NCBI GenBank assembly: GCA_050251055.1
Contig: JBFWNL010000008.1
Span: 32,001-96,000, forward strand
Origin: Bacteriovoracia bacterium
Lineage (GTDB): Bacteria > Bdellovibrionota > UBA1018 > JBFWNL01
DNA length: 64,000 nt
Direction of reading: 5' to 3'
Positions 10,340 through 21,027 of this stretch are shown in pieces. How positions within the stretch are numbered: the first letter of the stretch is position 1; each line of letters starts with the position of its first letter. Under the pieces are notes generated by a model. It was not told the origin of the DNA. It saw only the letters and a program-made list of their open reading frames with translations, and searched no databases. Both the position numbers and the translations under genes were made by a program.

Positions 10340-10478
10340 ACCTTAGTTTTGTTTTCAAAAAAAATACTCCGCTCATGGGGGGACGCCCATCCACGGGCTC
10401 GACCCTTCTTTCCCTTCCTGGACCGGGCCCCCCCATGAGCGGAGTATTTTTTTTGAAAACAAAACTAAGATTGGTGCT
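10333..10478. repeat. tRNA-Leu-anchored long inverted repeat (50 bp arms, 46 nt conserved core)
   Basis: 10333-10382 is the reverse complement of 10429-10478 with one mismatch. The left arm starts inside the tRNA 3' end (AGCACCA). Loop 10383-10428 matches the loop at 31755-31800. Confidence 0.93.
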
Positions 10479-10656
10479 GGCTATAATAATGAAACGCGTA
10501 ACGTTTCGTGCCTTGCGGAGGGACTCGAACGGCGGAAGGCGGGTCCCGTTTCTCGACACCTTCCCATGAACTCAGAGTCAATTTCCGACGTCAAACTTCT
10601 GACGATCGATGCTTATCCGAATTGCAGTCACAACCGATAAGCTTTACAGGTCCACC

Positions 10657-11349
10657 ATGTATCACATCTTAGTTGTCGAAGACGGAGCCGACACACGGCT
10701 CCTCCTAAAGAAAGCGCTGAGCGGTATCGCCGCCGAGCTGCACTTCGCCGAAACCTTGGAAGCCGCGCGCGCGGAGCTCACACAGATACGCCCGCATCTG
10801 ATTATCTTGGACATCGAGCTACCCGATGGCGATGGCCTGCAATTCTGCAGCGAACTGCAGGCGCAGGGAGATTTTACCGACGTCGCCTACCTATTTCTTA
10901 CGGGACAAAAGTCCACGCCCCAGAAGGTGGCCGCATTCGCCATGGGCGCCGAGGACTTCATCGAAAAACCCTTCAATCCCGTGGAGCTCAAGGCACGCGT
11001 CGAAGCCCGTCTGCGCAAGCTCGCACAACGTCTGCGTGAGGAGCAAGTGCTCGTTCGCGGCGATCTTACCTTAAACGCCACTTCTCACCGCGCGTTTCTC
11101 AAGGGACCTAAAGGGGAAGAATCCATCGCGCTTACCCCGCGTGAATTCCGCCTGCTGTTTTACCTGGCCCGGCACGAAGACCACGTACTTACCCGTGATC
11201 AGATTTTAAGCGCCGTCTGGGGCGATGCCGCTCAGGTCTTCGACCGTACGGTCGATACCTACATTTCCAATCTGCGCCGAAAACTAAAAACGGCCTCGAG
11301 TTACCTCGAGGCCGTTCCTGGTACAGGATATCGATTCACCACTACCTAG
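10657..11349 (+). CDS. OmpR/PhoB-family response regulator (no adjacent kinase)
   Basis: Receiver domain (ILVVED, LDIELPD, KPF) plus winged helix (LTPREFRLL, RTVDTYISNLRRKL, GTGYRF). Confidence 0.92.
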   Translation: MYHILVVEDGADTRLLLKKALSGIAAELHFAETLEAARAELTQIRPHLIILDIELPDGDGLQFCSELQAQGDFTDVAYLFLTGQKSTPQKVAAFAMGAEDFIEKPFNPVELKARVEARLRKLAQRLREEQVLVRGDLTLNATSHRAFLKGPKGEESIALTPREFRLLFYLARHEDHVLTRDQILSAVWGDAAQVFDRTVDTYISNLRRKLKTASSYLEAVPGTGYRFTTT

Positions 11350-11360
11350 GCAGCATTAGG

Positions 11361-12329
11361 TTAGAAGCGAATCGTGTCGGTCCGTCCGGCCATGCCGTCC
11401 GTTTTGTCTACAACCGTGTAAGTGAGCTGTCGATTCAAGGCGTCCCAGTGCATCTTGCAATACACTACATTGCCCACTTCCGAGATCAGGTTAAACTCGC
11501 TGATATCAACGTTCCAAACCTGGAAGCCCGTGGCGCCGATACCTTGGTCCGCGCTACCGTTCTTCTGGTGGCGGAAGGTCAGCCAGCCGCCGGTCTTTTC
11601 ACCACTCGGGAAGAAAAGGTAGTCGTGGTGACAGGCGCTATAGGCCTTGGCGGGAATCATTTCGCCTACAGCGCCCATGATGAACTTAGCGTTGATGCCG
11701 TTCGTTCCATTCGCACCGTTCACGCCGTTACAAACTACATTCACCGACGACTTCGCGTCGCCGTTAATAATGCTGTAAACCACCCCACCGGCCGGACATT
11801 GCGCCGCGGTTGCCGCCGACATCTTGATCTGCGCACTTTGGCCGTTGACGCCATCCTTGCCATCGCGGCCGTCTTGACCGGCGATGCCGTTGCAGATCAC
11901 CGCCTTCGAAGTGAGGGCTTCGTCCTTGTCTTGCACGCCATCGTTGTTTTTATCGATGAAGGTATAAACCAAGGTTCCGCCGGCCGGGCAGGCGGCCGCG
12001 GGCGCCGCCTGCACCAAAACGCCCGCGCCATAGCCCTGCGCGCCGTCTTTACCGGTTTGCCCGTTGACGCCGTTGCAGATATGCCGGTAGCTGATCACGG
12101 TCTCCGAGTTCTCCCACTTTTGATTCTTATTCGCGTCCAGGAACTGCACGATGGAAACCCCGCCGTTCACGCAGGCCGTCTCACTGGCATCCATCACGTC
12201 CGTCGCCACAGGAACGACTTCGTTCACGATCGCCGGGGTCGCGGTTCCGTCCCGCAGGCTTTCGACGCCGTTGCACCCGGAAACCGCGACCACTCCTCCC
12301 ACAATCATCACCACCGCTAAGTTCCTCAC
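11361..12329 (-). CDS. Lipoprotein with Cys-bounded repeats separated by short collagen-like Gly-X-Y runs
   Basis: Lipobox VSG|C; three C(V/P)(N/A)GG...CNG units, each followed by G-X-Y triplets (GVNGQTGKDGAQG, GIAGQDGRDGKDGVNG, GVNGANGTNG). Confidence 0.75.
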   Translation of the reverse strand: MRNLAVVMIVGGVVAVSGCNGVESLRDGTATPAIVNEVVPVATDVMDASETACVNGGVSIVQFLDANKNQKWENSETVISYRHICNGVNGQTGKDGAQGYGAGVLVQAAPAAACPAGGTLVYTFIDKNNDGVQDKDEALTSKAVICNGIAGQDGRDGKDGVNGQSAQIKMSAATAAQCPAGGVVYSIINGDAKSSVNVVCNGVNGANGTNGINAKFIMGAVGEMIPAKAYSACHHDYLFFPSGEKTGGWLTFRHQKNGSADQGIGATGFQVWNVDISEFNLISEVGNVVYCKMHWDALNRQLTYTVVDKTDGMAGRTDTIRF

Positions 12330-12428
12330 AAAAACCTCCTGTACCTGGCTCTAGTTTCTCAACCCACCATGAACTGGCTGTGGAAAGGGTGTTTAAGAAT
12401 CTTAATGACTTAAATTTATGTTTTTATT

Positions 12429-12953
12429 ATGGTTTTACACGTGAACCAAGCTCGCTTTGATAAGTCGAAAATCGTGGCCAAGATCGTAAGCCAGCTCGAG
12501 GAAGAGGCCCGCGCCTTGGAAGCTTCGGCGCTCGCCGCCCACGCCGCCGCCACCCACGAGGAGAGCAAGTCGGAAGACAAGCACGACACCCGGGGGCTCG
12601 AGGCCTCCTACCTGGCCGGCGCGCAAGGTAACCGCGTGCTAGAGCTACGAAGATTGATCGCCGCCTACCGCACTTTTTCACCGGCGCCGTTTGACGTTCA
12701 CGCACCCTTGGCGCCTGGAGCACTGGTCGAACTCGACGGCCAAGGTCGAAAGACCTATGTGCTGTTAGTGGAACACGGGGGAGGCATACGTATAGAGTAC
12801 GATGCGGAAGGACGCCCAATCCTGGTCCAAACCCTCTCGATTCAATCTCCCCTGGGAGAAGCGGTGTTCAGCTCCCGATTGGGCGAAGACATTTCTCTCG
12901 AGGGTGACGGAAAGTCCCCTACCCGGGAGTATTCAATTACCGGCGTCTGGTAG
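12429..12953 (+). CDS. GreA/GreB-family protein
   Basis: ATHEESKSEDKHDTRGLEASYLAGAQ coiled coil and C-terminal LSIQSPLGEA. Start may be GTG at 12441. Confidence 0.78.
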   Translation: MVLHVNQARFDKSKIVAKIVSQLEEEARALEASALAAHAAATHEESKSEDKHDTRGLEASYLAGAQGNRVLELRRLIAAYRTFSPAPFDVHAPLAPGALVELDGQGRKTYVLLVEHGGGIRIEYDAEGRPILVQTLSIQSPLGEAVFSSRLGEDISLEGDGKSPTREYSITGVW

Positions 12954-12959
12954 AGCGCG

Positions 12960-13073
12960 CTAGGTACAACCGCGCGCCAGATACACGATGAACAGCACGG
13001 ATGCCGGTACGCCGAGCAACCACGCAAAGATGTATCCGATGGCGCCTTGTTCGTTCAGTTTATACAGCTTCAT
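12960..13073 (-). CDS. 37-aa single-TM small protein
   Basis: MKLYKLNEQGAIGYIFAWLLGVPASVLFIVYLARGCT. ATG overlaps the upstream stop (TAATG) and follows an AAGGA Shine-Dalgarno. Confidence 0.6.
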   Translation of the reverse strand: MKLYKLNEQGAIGYIFAWLLGVPASVLFIVYLARGCT

Positions 13074-13687
13074 TACCGCTTCCTTCCCGATAGGTGATGA
13101 TGCGGATGCGACTCCTTGCGTAGCCACGGGGCGAATACCAATGCCGCCAGCAGCAAGGGTGCCCCGAAGATCAACGTCCAGGTCGTGATAAATCCGACTA
13201 TATCCGCCGACGTGACCTGGGCCGATCCGGGTGGCCACGCCAACCGCGTCGCCGCGAGCTGGTAGACCAAACCTACCGCCGAGCCATACACGACGTGGCC
13301 TCCCAGGTGCGCCACCGCCACCGAAAGCCCCGCTTTCTGGAACTTAGGCAGCGGATGGTGTTCTGCCACGGCGATGATCAAGAGCAGAGCCACCACCATG
13401 CCGTGGACCACACCCATCATCGTCCCCATCATCCAGATCGCAGAGTAGGTAGCCGGCAAGGGCGCCGCGCGAAGAATCGCGTAATAAATGACGGAAAAGA
13501 AAATACCGCCTAAATAGAGGATAAAAAGCCCGATGCCGTAGGAGTTTTGAAGCTTGCGCGTCCAAAGACTGCCCAATGCCCGCACCATATCAGTCGGCGT
13601 CTTCGTTAGCTTGGATACCAAAACCATGAAGGCCATCATCAACGTGGTACCGAGCAGGCCGGCGAAAACGATTAGTATGATTTCCAT
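13073..13687 (-). CDS. Multi-pass integral membrane protein of unknown function
   Basis: About five hydrophobic helices, AHLGGHVVYG motif and His-rich C-terminus. Confidence 0.7.
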   Translation of the reverse strand: MEIILIVFAGLLGTTLMMAFMVLVSKLTKTPTDMVRALGSLWTRKLQNSYGIGLFILYLGGIFFSVIYYAILRAAPLPATYSAIWMMGTMMGVVHGMVVALLLIIAVAEHHPLPKFQKAGLSVAVAHLGGHVVYGSAVGLVYQLAATRLAWPPGSAQVTSADIVGFITTWTLIFGAPLLLAALVFAPWLRKESHPHHHLSGRKR

Positions 13688-13815
13688 AGATTTCTCCCAT
13701 CATTATCCACGGCAATTAAGTGCAAGCTCCGAACCAAGTGGGAGAAGTGCGCGAACCGACGGTGGCGCCGTAGTCGCGGGCGTTTTTGTCATGACGAACG
13801 GGAAATATTGGCGAA

Positions 13816-16053
13816 TTACGCTGCAGACGAGGGTTCGGAGTCGCCGGAAGGCTTACCGCCGTCCGAATCACGGGGCGGGGGCGAAGACTGCAACTCGTTT
13901 ACCTTACGACGTAGCTTCACCACTTCTAGCTCGGACTGAGAGAGCGATCCTTGTAGCCGCTCCACTTCGCGCTTCTTGTCGACGGCGATGCGCATGGCCG
14001 CGTCGAGCTTGTTGCTCAGGTCCTTCGACTTGCCGACGTTCTGCGCGTTCTTCTTCTCCGCCTCCGTCAGCTTCTCCATCAGGTAGGAGTTGCGTTTCTT
14101 CGATTGCTCGATTTTCTTCTCGGTCTGCGTAACCTGATCTTGAAGCATGGCGTACTGCTCATGGGTAGGCCCCTGGTTACGCGCATCCCCGGCCGATTCC
14201 TTCAGTTCTTCGATTTTGGATTTCAGGTTCTTGTTCTCTTCCATGGCCGCGGTCAACTGCTGCTTGGTGAAGTTAAATTTCTTTTGGAAGTGTGCCTCGG
14301 TACCGGCGCCCTGGGCGGAGCTCTTCGCCCGCTCAAGGCTCATGGTGGTCTGCGTGAGCTGATCCTTGGCGCGCATCAAGGCGTTCGTCTTTTGCTTAAT
14401 TAACTCGTCACGGCGACGCAGCTCTTCCTGCAACGAACGCTCGCGATTTTTGAATTCGAGCTCTTTCTGGCGCACGGACAAGCTGACTTTTTTGGCCATC
14501 TCCTTGAGCTGCGAGCGTTCCGCCACCACGTCGGCCACCAAGCCGTCGACCCACTTCTTGGCCTTAGGACTTTGCAATTCGCGCTTTAAGTCCTCGACTT
14601 CTTTCTGGGCTGCCGTGAGTTTGCGGCTGACTTCTCCCTGATCCAGCTCGGTCATGAGATGCTTGGCCAGCAGTTTGGGATCGCTATCCGGGCTGACGGG
14701 AGTTTCCGGCGCTTCCGCCACTGGCGGGAGGGTCGCTTCGGCCGCGGCCGTAAGCTCGGCCACTTCCGGGGAAGTCGCGGCTCCGTCGTCCGTGGTCGCA
14801 ACCACCGTCGGCCCTGAAGTCGCCACCGCTTCGGTGGGCTCTTCTTTTCGCTTCTTAAATGGCCAAAGTTTTTTTAGGAATCCGCCTTCCGGTTTTCCTT
14901 CTGGCGCCGAGGGAGCCACGCGGGTCTCGGCCGAAGCCAGCTCTTCCTCAAGCGTAGCAATGCGTTGATTGAGGGCCATGATCTGATTGCGATAAAGTTG
15001 GGCCTGGGCTTCGGTCGAACCGCCAGCCGTAGCCTCTTCCCCTTGACCGCTGATTACGCGTTTTTCCTGGTTGGCTCCGAGGTCCTGCGCATCTCCCTTG
15101 ACCACGGTTTTGAAATCGTCGTCGGCCTCCGGGGGAGCCCCCTTTACGGTAACAGACGCCTCGCCTTCGACCGAGGCGGCACCCTTTACGACCGTCTTGG
15201 CTTGGCCGCGGGAATCCAACGCATCGGCCAGGGCCGTATCCTCATCCAACAATACCTTTTCGAATGGCGCGATCGCGGTGGCCACTTGTTCCGGGGTAGG
15301 ATCGCCGCCCTTCACGATCGTCTTTTCAGCGGCCTCCTGCGCCGGGCTCTTCGCCTTCACCAGGAGCTCGGAGAGCGGGGTTTCCTTCTTAGTGAATTTC
15401 ATCGGATCTTCTTTGAGCAGGTCCGCGTAGTTCAAATCCCCCAGCTCTTCGTACACGCCCGCCTGCGGCGTCGTTTCAGGGTCTTGGTGGAAGATCTGGA
15501 CATACACCCGTTCATCATCGGTTGCCTTGCGTCCTTCCGGCCAGTGCGGCACGGCGAGCAGGCTGACGAACTCCAGGCGCTTGAGACCTGGCTGGAAACG
15601 CACGACGAAGCGATCGGAGATATTTTTGAGATCCATCATCAGCGCTTCAAACGAGGATGCGGGCTTACCGGATTTGATCCGCTTTTCCAACGTCGCCGCG
15701 TCCAGCTTGATGGAGTCCGGCACGGTGAACGAGAGCCCAATGGCGAGTTTTTCGGAATCGATCCCACACTCGACGACCAAGGGTTCGTTAAGTTTCTTTC
15801 CGGAGTTCAGCTCGCTCTTTCCGTCGGCCACCTGCGGACGATAGCACTCGTAAACGATGTACATGAGGATCGATCGCAGGGCGAGCTCATCCACGCCCGC
15901 CTCGATCAGGCGCGCCGCCAACAAGTCGGATACTTTTCCGACCTGCTTGGGTGAATACAGGCTTTCGTAAAAGATGTGGCAACCCGTCTCCAGCAAGCCA
16001 GCGACGCCGAAGCTCTTCAGGGACCGTGGAGGGGTTTTGCCGAACTTATACAT
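13816..16053 (-). CDS. Large protein: globular N-terminus, low-complexity linker, long C-terminal coiled coil
   Basis: 745-aa ORF with repeated (T)VVKG motifs in the linker and heptad-rich E/K/Q/L in the last ~280 aa. Confidence 0.7.
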   Translation of the reverse strand: MYKFGKTPPRSLKSFGVAGLLETGCHIFYESLYSPKQVGKVSDLLAARLIEAGVDELALRSILMYIVYECYRPQVADGKSELNSGKKLNEPLVVECGIDSEKLAIGLSFTVPDSIKLDAATLEKRIKSGKPASSFEALMMDLKNISDRFVVRFQPGLKRLEFVSLLAVPHWPEGRKATDDERVYVQIFHQDPETTPQAGVYEELGDLNYADLLKEDPMKFTKKETPLSELLVKAKSPAQEAAEKTIVKGGDPTPEQVATAIAPFEKVLLDEDTALADALDSRGQAKTVVKGAASVEGEASVTVKGAPPEADDDFKTVVKGDAQDLGANQEKRVISGQGEEATAGGSTEAQAQLYRNQIMALNQRIATLEEELASAETRVAPSAPEGKPEGGFLKKLWPFKKRKEEPTEAVATSGPTVVATTDDGAATSPEVAELTAAAEATLPPVAEAPETPVSPDSDPKLLAKHLMTELDQGEVSRKLTAAQKEVEDLKRELQSPKAKKWVDGLVADVVAERSQLKEMAKKVSLSVRQKELEFKNRERSLQEELRRRDELIKQKTNALMRAKDQLTQTTMSLERAKSSAQGAGTEAHFQKKFNFTKQQLTAAMEENKNLKSKIEELKESAGDARNQGPTHEQYAMLQDQVTQTEKKIEQSKKRNSYLMEKLTEAEKKNAQNVGKSKDLSNKLDAAMRIAVDKKREVERLQGSLSQSELEVVKLRRKVNELQSSPPPRDSDGGKPSGDSEPSSAA

Positions 16054-16867
16054 CGACGAAGCCTTTCTCGCCGAAGATCGACGGGGCTTCGAAGGCGGGG
16101 TCTAAGAGCTGCTCGCCCACGCGCTTGAACTTGTTTTCTAATTTTTGGCCGATACGGGTTGAAAAGCGGGTCAAGGCCGCGCTGGAGATAGATTCCGTCG
16201 GGGCATCCAACGGAATAGCCTCGTTCACGAGCTCGATGAGCTCTTCGACTTCGCCCCGCACGACGTTCGCCAGGCCTTTCGCCGTTTCACGGAACACGCG
16301 ACGGCGGAGGTCATTCAAGAAATCCTGATCGCAATACCCCACGTGCAAAGCCAGAAAGACAGCGAGGCTCGAGCGAAAGATTCCCGCTTCGAAACGGCGT
16401 ACGCTGTTTTCCCGGGCCATCATCATCTGTTCGCGCGCTATCGGGTCGCAAAGCTCGTCGACGAAAAAGGAGAGGAAAAATGGCTCGATCGCGAGATCTT
16501 TCGACCAGAGCGGGCCCGTGAGCTTCAGCATCGTGTCCGAAAGCTCGAACGGTGCCGGCGGCAGTGGAACCTGCGGGTAACTCACCTTGCCGCTCACGTA
16601 CGTGTGGTCGCCCTTGGGCTGCGGGATCCAACCGAGTACGGCGCGCGCCCGCGTGGCCGCCTCGCGAAACGGCGCGATCGTGTCGACAAAATCCGTCACG
16701 TAGAAGCTTTCGTAAATTTGGAGACGCTCCAATTCTTCGGGCAAAAAGAAATCGAGCGGACCCTTGATCGAGATGAATTTCTGATTGAGGCGGAGATAAA
16801 CGTAAACGGGGGACGGGACGAGGGCGTAGGGCTTCATGTCCCGAATGGGTAGACGACGCAACTGCAT
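16046..16867 (-). CDS. Hypothetical protein, translationally coupled to the coiled-coil gene
   Basis: 273-aa ORF whose stop overlaps the next start by 8 bp; no recognised motif. Confidence 0.6.
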   Translation of the reverse strand: MQLRRLPIRDMKPYALVPSPVYVYLRLNQKFISIKGPLDFFLPEELERLQIYESFYVTDFVDTIAPFREAATRARAVLGWIPQPKGDHTYVSGKVSYPQVPLPPAPFELSDTMLKLTGPLWSKDLAIEPFFLSFFVDELCDPIAREQMMMARENSVRRFEAGIFRSSLAVFLALHVGYCDQDFLNDLRRRVFRETAKGLANVVRGEVEELIELVNEAIPLDAPTESISSAALTRFSTRIGQKLENKFKRVGEQLLDPAFEAPSIFGEKGFVDV

Positions 16868-17108
16868 CGCGGCTTCATTTGGAAGCTTCCTACGGGAAAA
16901 CTGCGTAGAGTTCCCCTCCTTTCCTTACTCCACTATTCGGCTAATTCTCTAGGGAAGTTAAAGACTTGAGAAAGAAGCGACGGAAAATCGCGGGCGCGGC
17001 GGGCGGTCTTCGTCAACGAAACGACGCTACACGGAATTAGCTGGGAATTTCGCTCCCAGATTCAAGAAAGCTTCAAGCAAGCCGTCAAAACATCGACACG
17101 AATCGGTG

Positions 17109-18082
17109 TCACGCTTCGGCGTAGTGACAAGAGACGACGTGCGGAACGTCACCCACCTGACGCAGCTCGGGCCGGTCCACCCGGCAGTTATCACGCGCGA
17201 TCGGGCAGCGCGGGTTGAAATGGCATCCGCTCGGCGGCTGAATCGGAGACGGTACATCCCCGCGCAGGATGATCCGCTCGCGTTTGCGGTCGGGATCCGG
17301 CACCGGGATCGCCGAGAGCAGCGCCTTCGTATAGGGGTGCTTCGGATTCGCATACAGCTCGTCTGCGTCGGCGAGCTCGACGATCTTGCCAAGGTACATC
17401 ACGGCGACCCGGGTGGAGATGTGCTCCACCACCTTCAGGTCGTGCGCGATGAAAAGATAGGTCAAGCCCAGATCCTTCTGCAGATCCTGCATCAGGTTGA
17501 TGATTTGGGCCTGAATCGAGACATCCAAAGCCGAGACGGGCTCGTCGCAGACGATGAACTCCGGTTCGACGGCGAGTGCGCGCGCGATGCTGATGCGTTG
17601 GCGCTGCCCCCCCGAGAACTCGTGCGGATACCGGGTCAAGGCCTCACGGCGCAAGCCGCAAAGATCCAGCAGCTCGAGCACGCGTTTCTTGCGGTCGGAG
17701 CGAGTCGCGCACAGTCCGTGAATATCAAGCGGTTCGCCGATGATTTCCTGTACGGTCATGCGCGGATTCAACGACGCGTAAGGATCCTGGAAAATGATCT
17801 GCATGTGGCGCCGAAGCTTGCGCAGCTCGCCCACGCCCAAGCGCGTGACGTCCTGGCCCTTGAAGGTGACGGTTCCAGCGGTGGGCTCGATCAACCGCAG
17901 GATGCAACGACCGAGCGTGGACTTTCCGCAGCCGCTTTCCCCCACCAGACCCAGGGTCTCGCCTTTTTTTATCTCAAAGCTCACGTCGCTCACCGCCTGC
18001 ACGGCCGCGACTTCGCGAGAAAGTATGCCCCCCTTAATGGGAAAGCGCTTCACGAGATTCCGTACGGACAGCAGGACTTCGC

Positions 18083-18086
<4 letters not shown>
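17109..18086 (-). CDS. oppF: Oligopeptide/dipeptide ABC transporter ATP-binding subunit (OppF/DppF)
   Basis: [44 protein letters not shown]. Confidence 0.92.
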
Positions 18087-19165
<1,079 letters not shown>

Positions 19166-19178
19166 CTCTGCTGGTATC

Positions 19179-20075
19179 CTACTTGAGTTTGGGGTCCAAC
19201 GCATCCCGTAACGCGTCCCCGAAAATATTGAAAGCGAGCACCAGAAAGAACATGGCGATCGTCGCCCCCGAAAGTTGCCACCACACGCCCTGCGCCAGCT
19301 CCTGGCGGGCGTCGTCGATCATCACGCCCCAGCTAGGCTGCCCCTGCACGCCCAGCCCCAGGTAGGACAAGATCACTTCCGATTTGATCGCTGACTGGAA
19401 CAGCAACGAGAAATAAATGATGATCTGGTGCGAGACGTTAGGCAGAATATGCTTAAAAATGCGGGAACGGTGGCTGGCGCCCAGGCTGGTCGCGGCCATC
19501 ACGTATTCGCGGTGCTTATGCTTGATTACCTCGCCGCGAATCACGCGCGCGAGTCCCACCCAAGACGTAATACCCAACGACACGTAGATGGCGAACATAC
19601 CTTTGCCCAAGGCAAAGGCCGTAGCCACGATCAGCATGATGCCTGGGATGGAGGCGAGCGTCGTATAAAACCAAACCACCAGATCGTCGATCCAGCCCCC
19701 GAAGTAACCCCCGATCGCGCCTAAAGTGACGCCAATGGGAATACTGATCAGGCAGGTGACTAAACCCACGCTCATCGCCACGCGCGCGCCGTGGATGACC
19801 TTCAGTAGGACGCTGCGGCCAAAGATATCGGTGCCCATCCAATGCAGGTAACTTTCGCCCGAGGGGGGGGCGTACCCCTTCATGATCGCCTGATCCCACT
19901 GGGCGCCGACAATTCCGAACTTGGCTAAAATCGCGATGACCGCATAAATGACAATGATCGCGAAACAAAGCATCGCGAACTTATCCCTCCGCAGCCGAAG
20001 GCTAGCATCCTTCCAAAGGCTACGGCCTTTCGGCGCGGCTACATTCGTAGTGACGGTAGCGGTCGCGGCCGTCAT
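19179..20075 (-). CDS. oppC: Peptide ABC transporter permease (OppC/DppC)
   Basis: [23 protein letters not shown] (EAA loop), [10 protein letters not shown]. Confidence 0.92.
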   Translation of the reverse strand: MTAATATVTTNVAAPKGRSLWKDASLRLRRDKFAMLCFAIIVIYAVIAILAKFGIVGAQWDQAIMKGYAPPSGESYLHWMGTDIFGRSVLLKVIHGARVAMSVGLVTCLISIPIGVTLGAIGGYFGGWIDDLVVWFYTTLASIPGIMLIVATAFALGKGMFAIYVSLGITSWVGLARVIRGEVIKHKHREYVMAATSLGASHRSRIFKHILPNVSHQIIIYFSLLFQSAIKSEVILSYLGLGVQGQPSWGVMIDDARQELAQGVWWQLSGATIAMFFLVLAFNIFGDALRDALDPKLK

Positions 20076-21007
20076 TTGAGGCTCACCCGCGGATCCACGA
20101 CCGAATAAAGCATATCCGTGGCGATGTTACCGATGATGTTTAAAAGCGAGTAAATCGTGGTCATGGCCTTTAACACCGCGAAGTCGCTATTGTGCACGGC
20201 CTCGACCGTGATGCTCCCCAGTCCGGGGATACCGAAGTAATTCTCCAAAAGAAGCGTGCCCAGGATCAGGAACGGAATCTCGATCACGGTGAATGTGATG
20301 ATCGGGATCATGCTGTTTTTCAGCACGTGCTTAAAGAATACCACGCGATCGGACACGCCCTTGGCACGCGCGGTCCGCACATAATCCTGGCTCGTTTCGT
20401 CCAGAATCGCCGTTCGAAAAAAGCGCACGTCGACACCAATGCCGATCATGACGTAAATAATCACCGGCAACGCGATGAACTGCAGGAAATCCGGAAAGTG
20501 CGGCTCATACCCCGAGATCGGAAACCAGCCTAGCTTGAAGGCGAAGTAATATTGTCCGAACAAAATGAACGCGAGCGACGAAATACTCATTCCCGCCACG
20601 CAAAGCACGATCCCCACCTTATCGATCCAACGGCCCCGGTAATACGAAACCAAAAGCGCGATGCTGATCGCGATCAGGATGTTAATCAAGAACGCCGGCA
20701 CCGTCAGGCTTAACGAAGGGCCGATGCCGTTCCAAATCATGGTGCTGATTTCCTCCCGGCTGCGATAACTGCGGCCGTAGTCGAAAGTCACGATCTGCTT
20801 ACAGTAATGCAGGAACTGCATGTACTTCGGCTGGTCAAAGCCCAACTCGTGGCGTAGCTCGGCGACCTTCTCGACCGTCGCGTATTTGCCGAGCATCGTA
20901 TAGACCGGATCACCGCCCACCAGGTGAAAGAGCGTAAAAACGATCAAAGCGACGCCGAACACGATAGGGATCGTGTAAAGCAGACGTCGAAGCAAGTAGA
21001 CGAGCAT
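20072..21007 (-). CDS. oppB: Peptide ABC transporter permease (OppB/DppB)
   Basis: YLLRRLL, DYVRTARAKG, FGIPGLG, DMLYSVVDPRV. Confidence 0.92.
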   Translation of the reverse strand: MLVYLLRRLLYTIPIVFGVALIVFTLFHLVGGDPVYTMLGKYATVEKVAELRHELGFDQPKYMQFLHYCKQIVTFDYGRSYRSREEISTMIWNGIGPSLSLTVPAFLINILIAISIALLVSYYRGRWIDKVGIVLCVAGMSISSLAFILFGQYYFAFKLGWFPISGYEPHFPDFLQFIALPVIIYVMIGIGVDVRFFRTAILDETSQDYVRTARAKGVSDRVVFFKHVLKNSMIPIITFTVIEIPFLILGTLLLENYFGIPGLGSITVEAVHNSDFAVLKAMTTIYSLLNIIGNIATDMLYSVVDPRVSLK

Positions 21008-21027
21008 CGCGCGGAGTCCCGGTTAAG

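Noticed and set aside
10333-10478. Possible CRISPR, classical MITE or prophage att interpretation of the tRNA-linked repeats
   Set aside because: There is no repeat-spacer periodicity or cas gene. The arms differ between copies while the centre is conserved, the opposite of a MITE. No integrase or cargo is adjacent.
10011-10569. ORFs 10011-10559 (-) and 10270-10569 (+) sharing the peptide STNLSFVFKKNTPLMGG
   Set aside because: They overlap tRNA-Leu, and the shared peptide is simply the DNA inverted repeat read on both strands.
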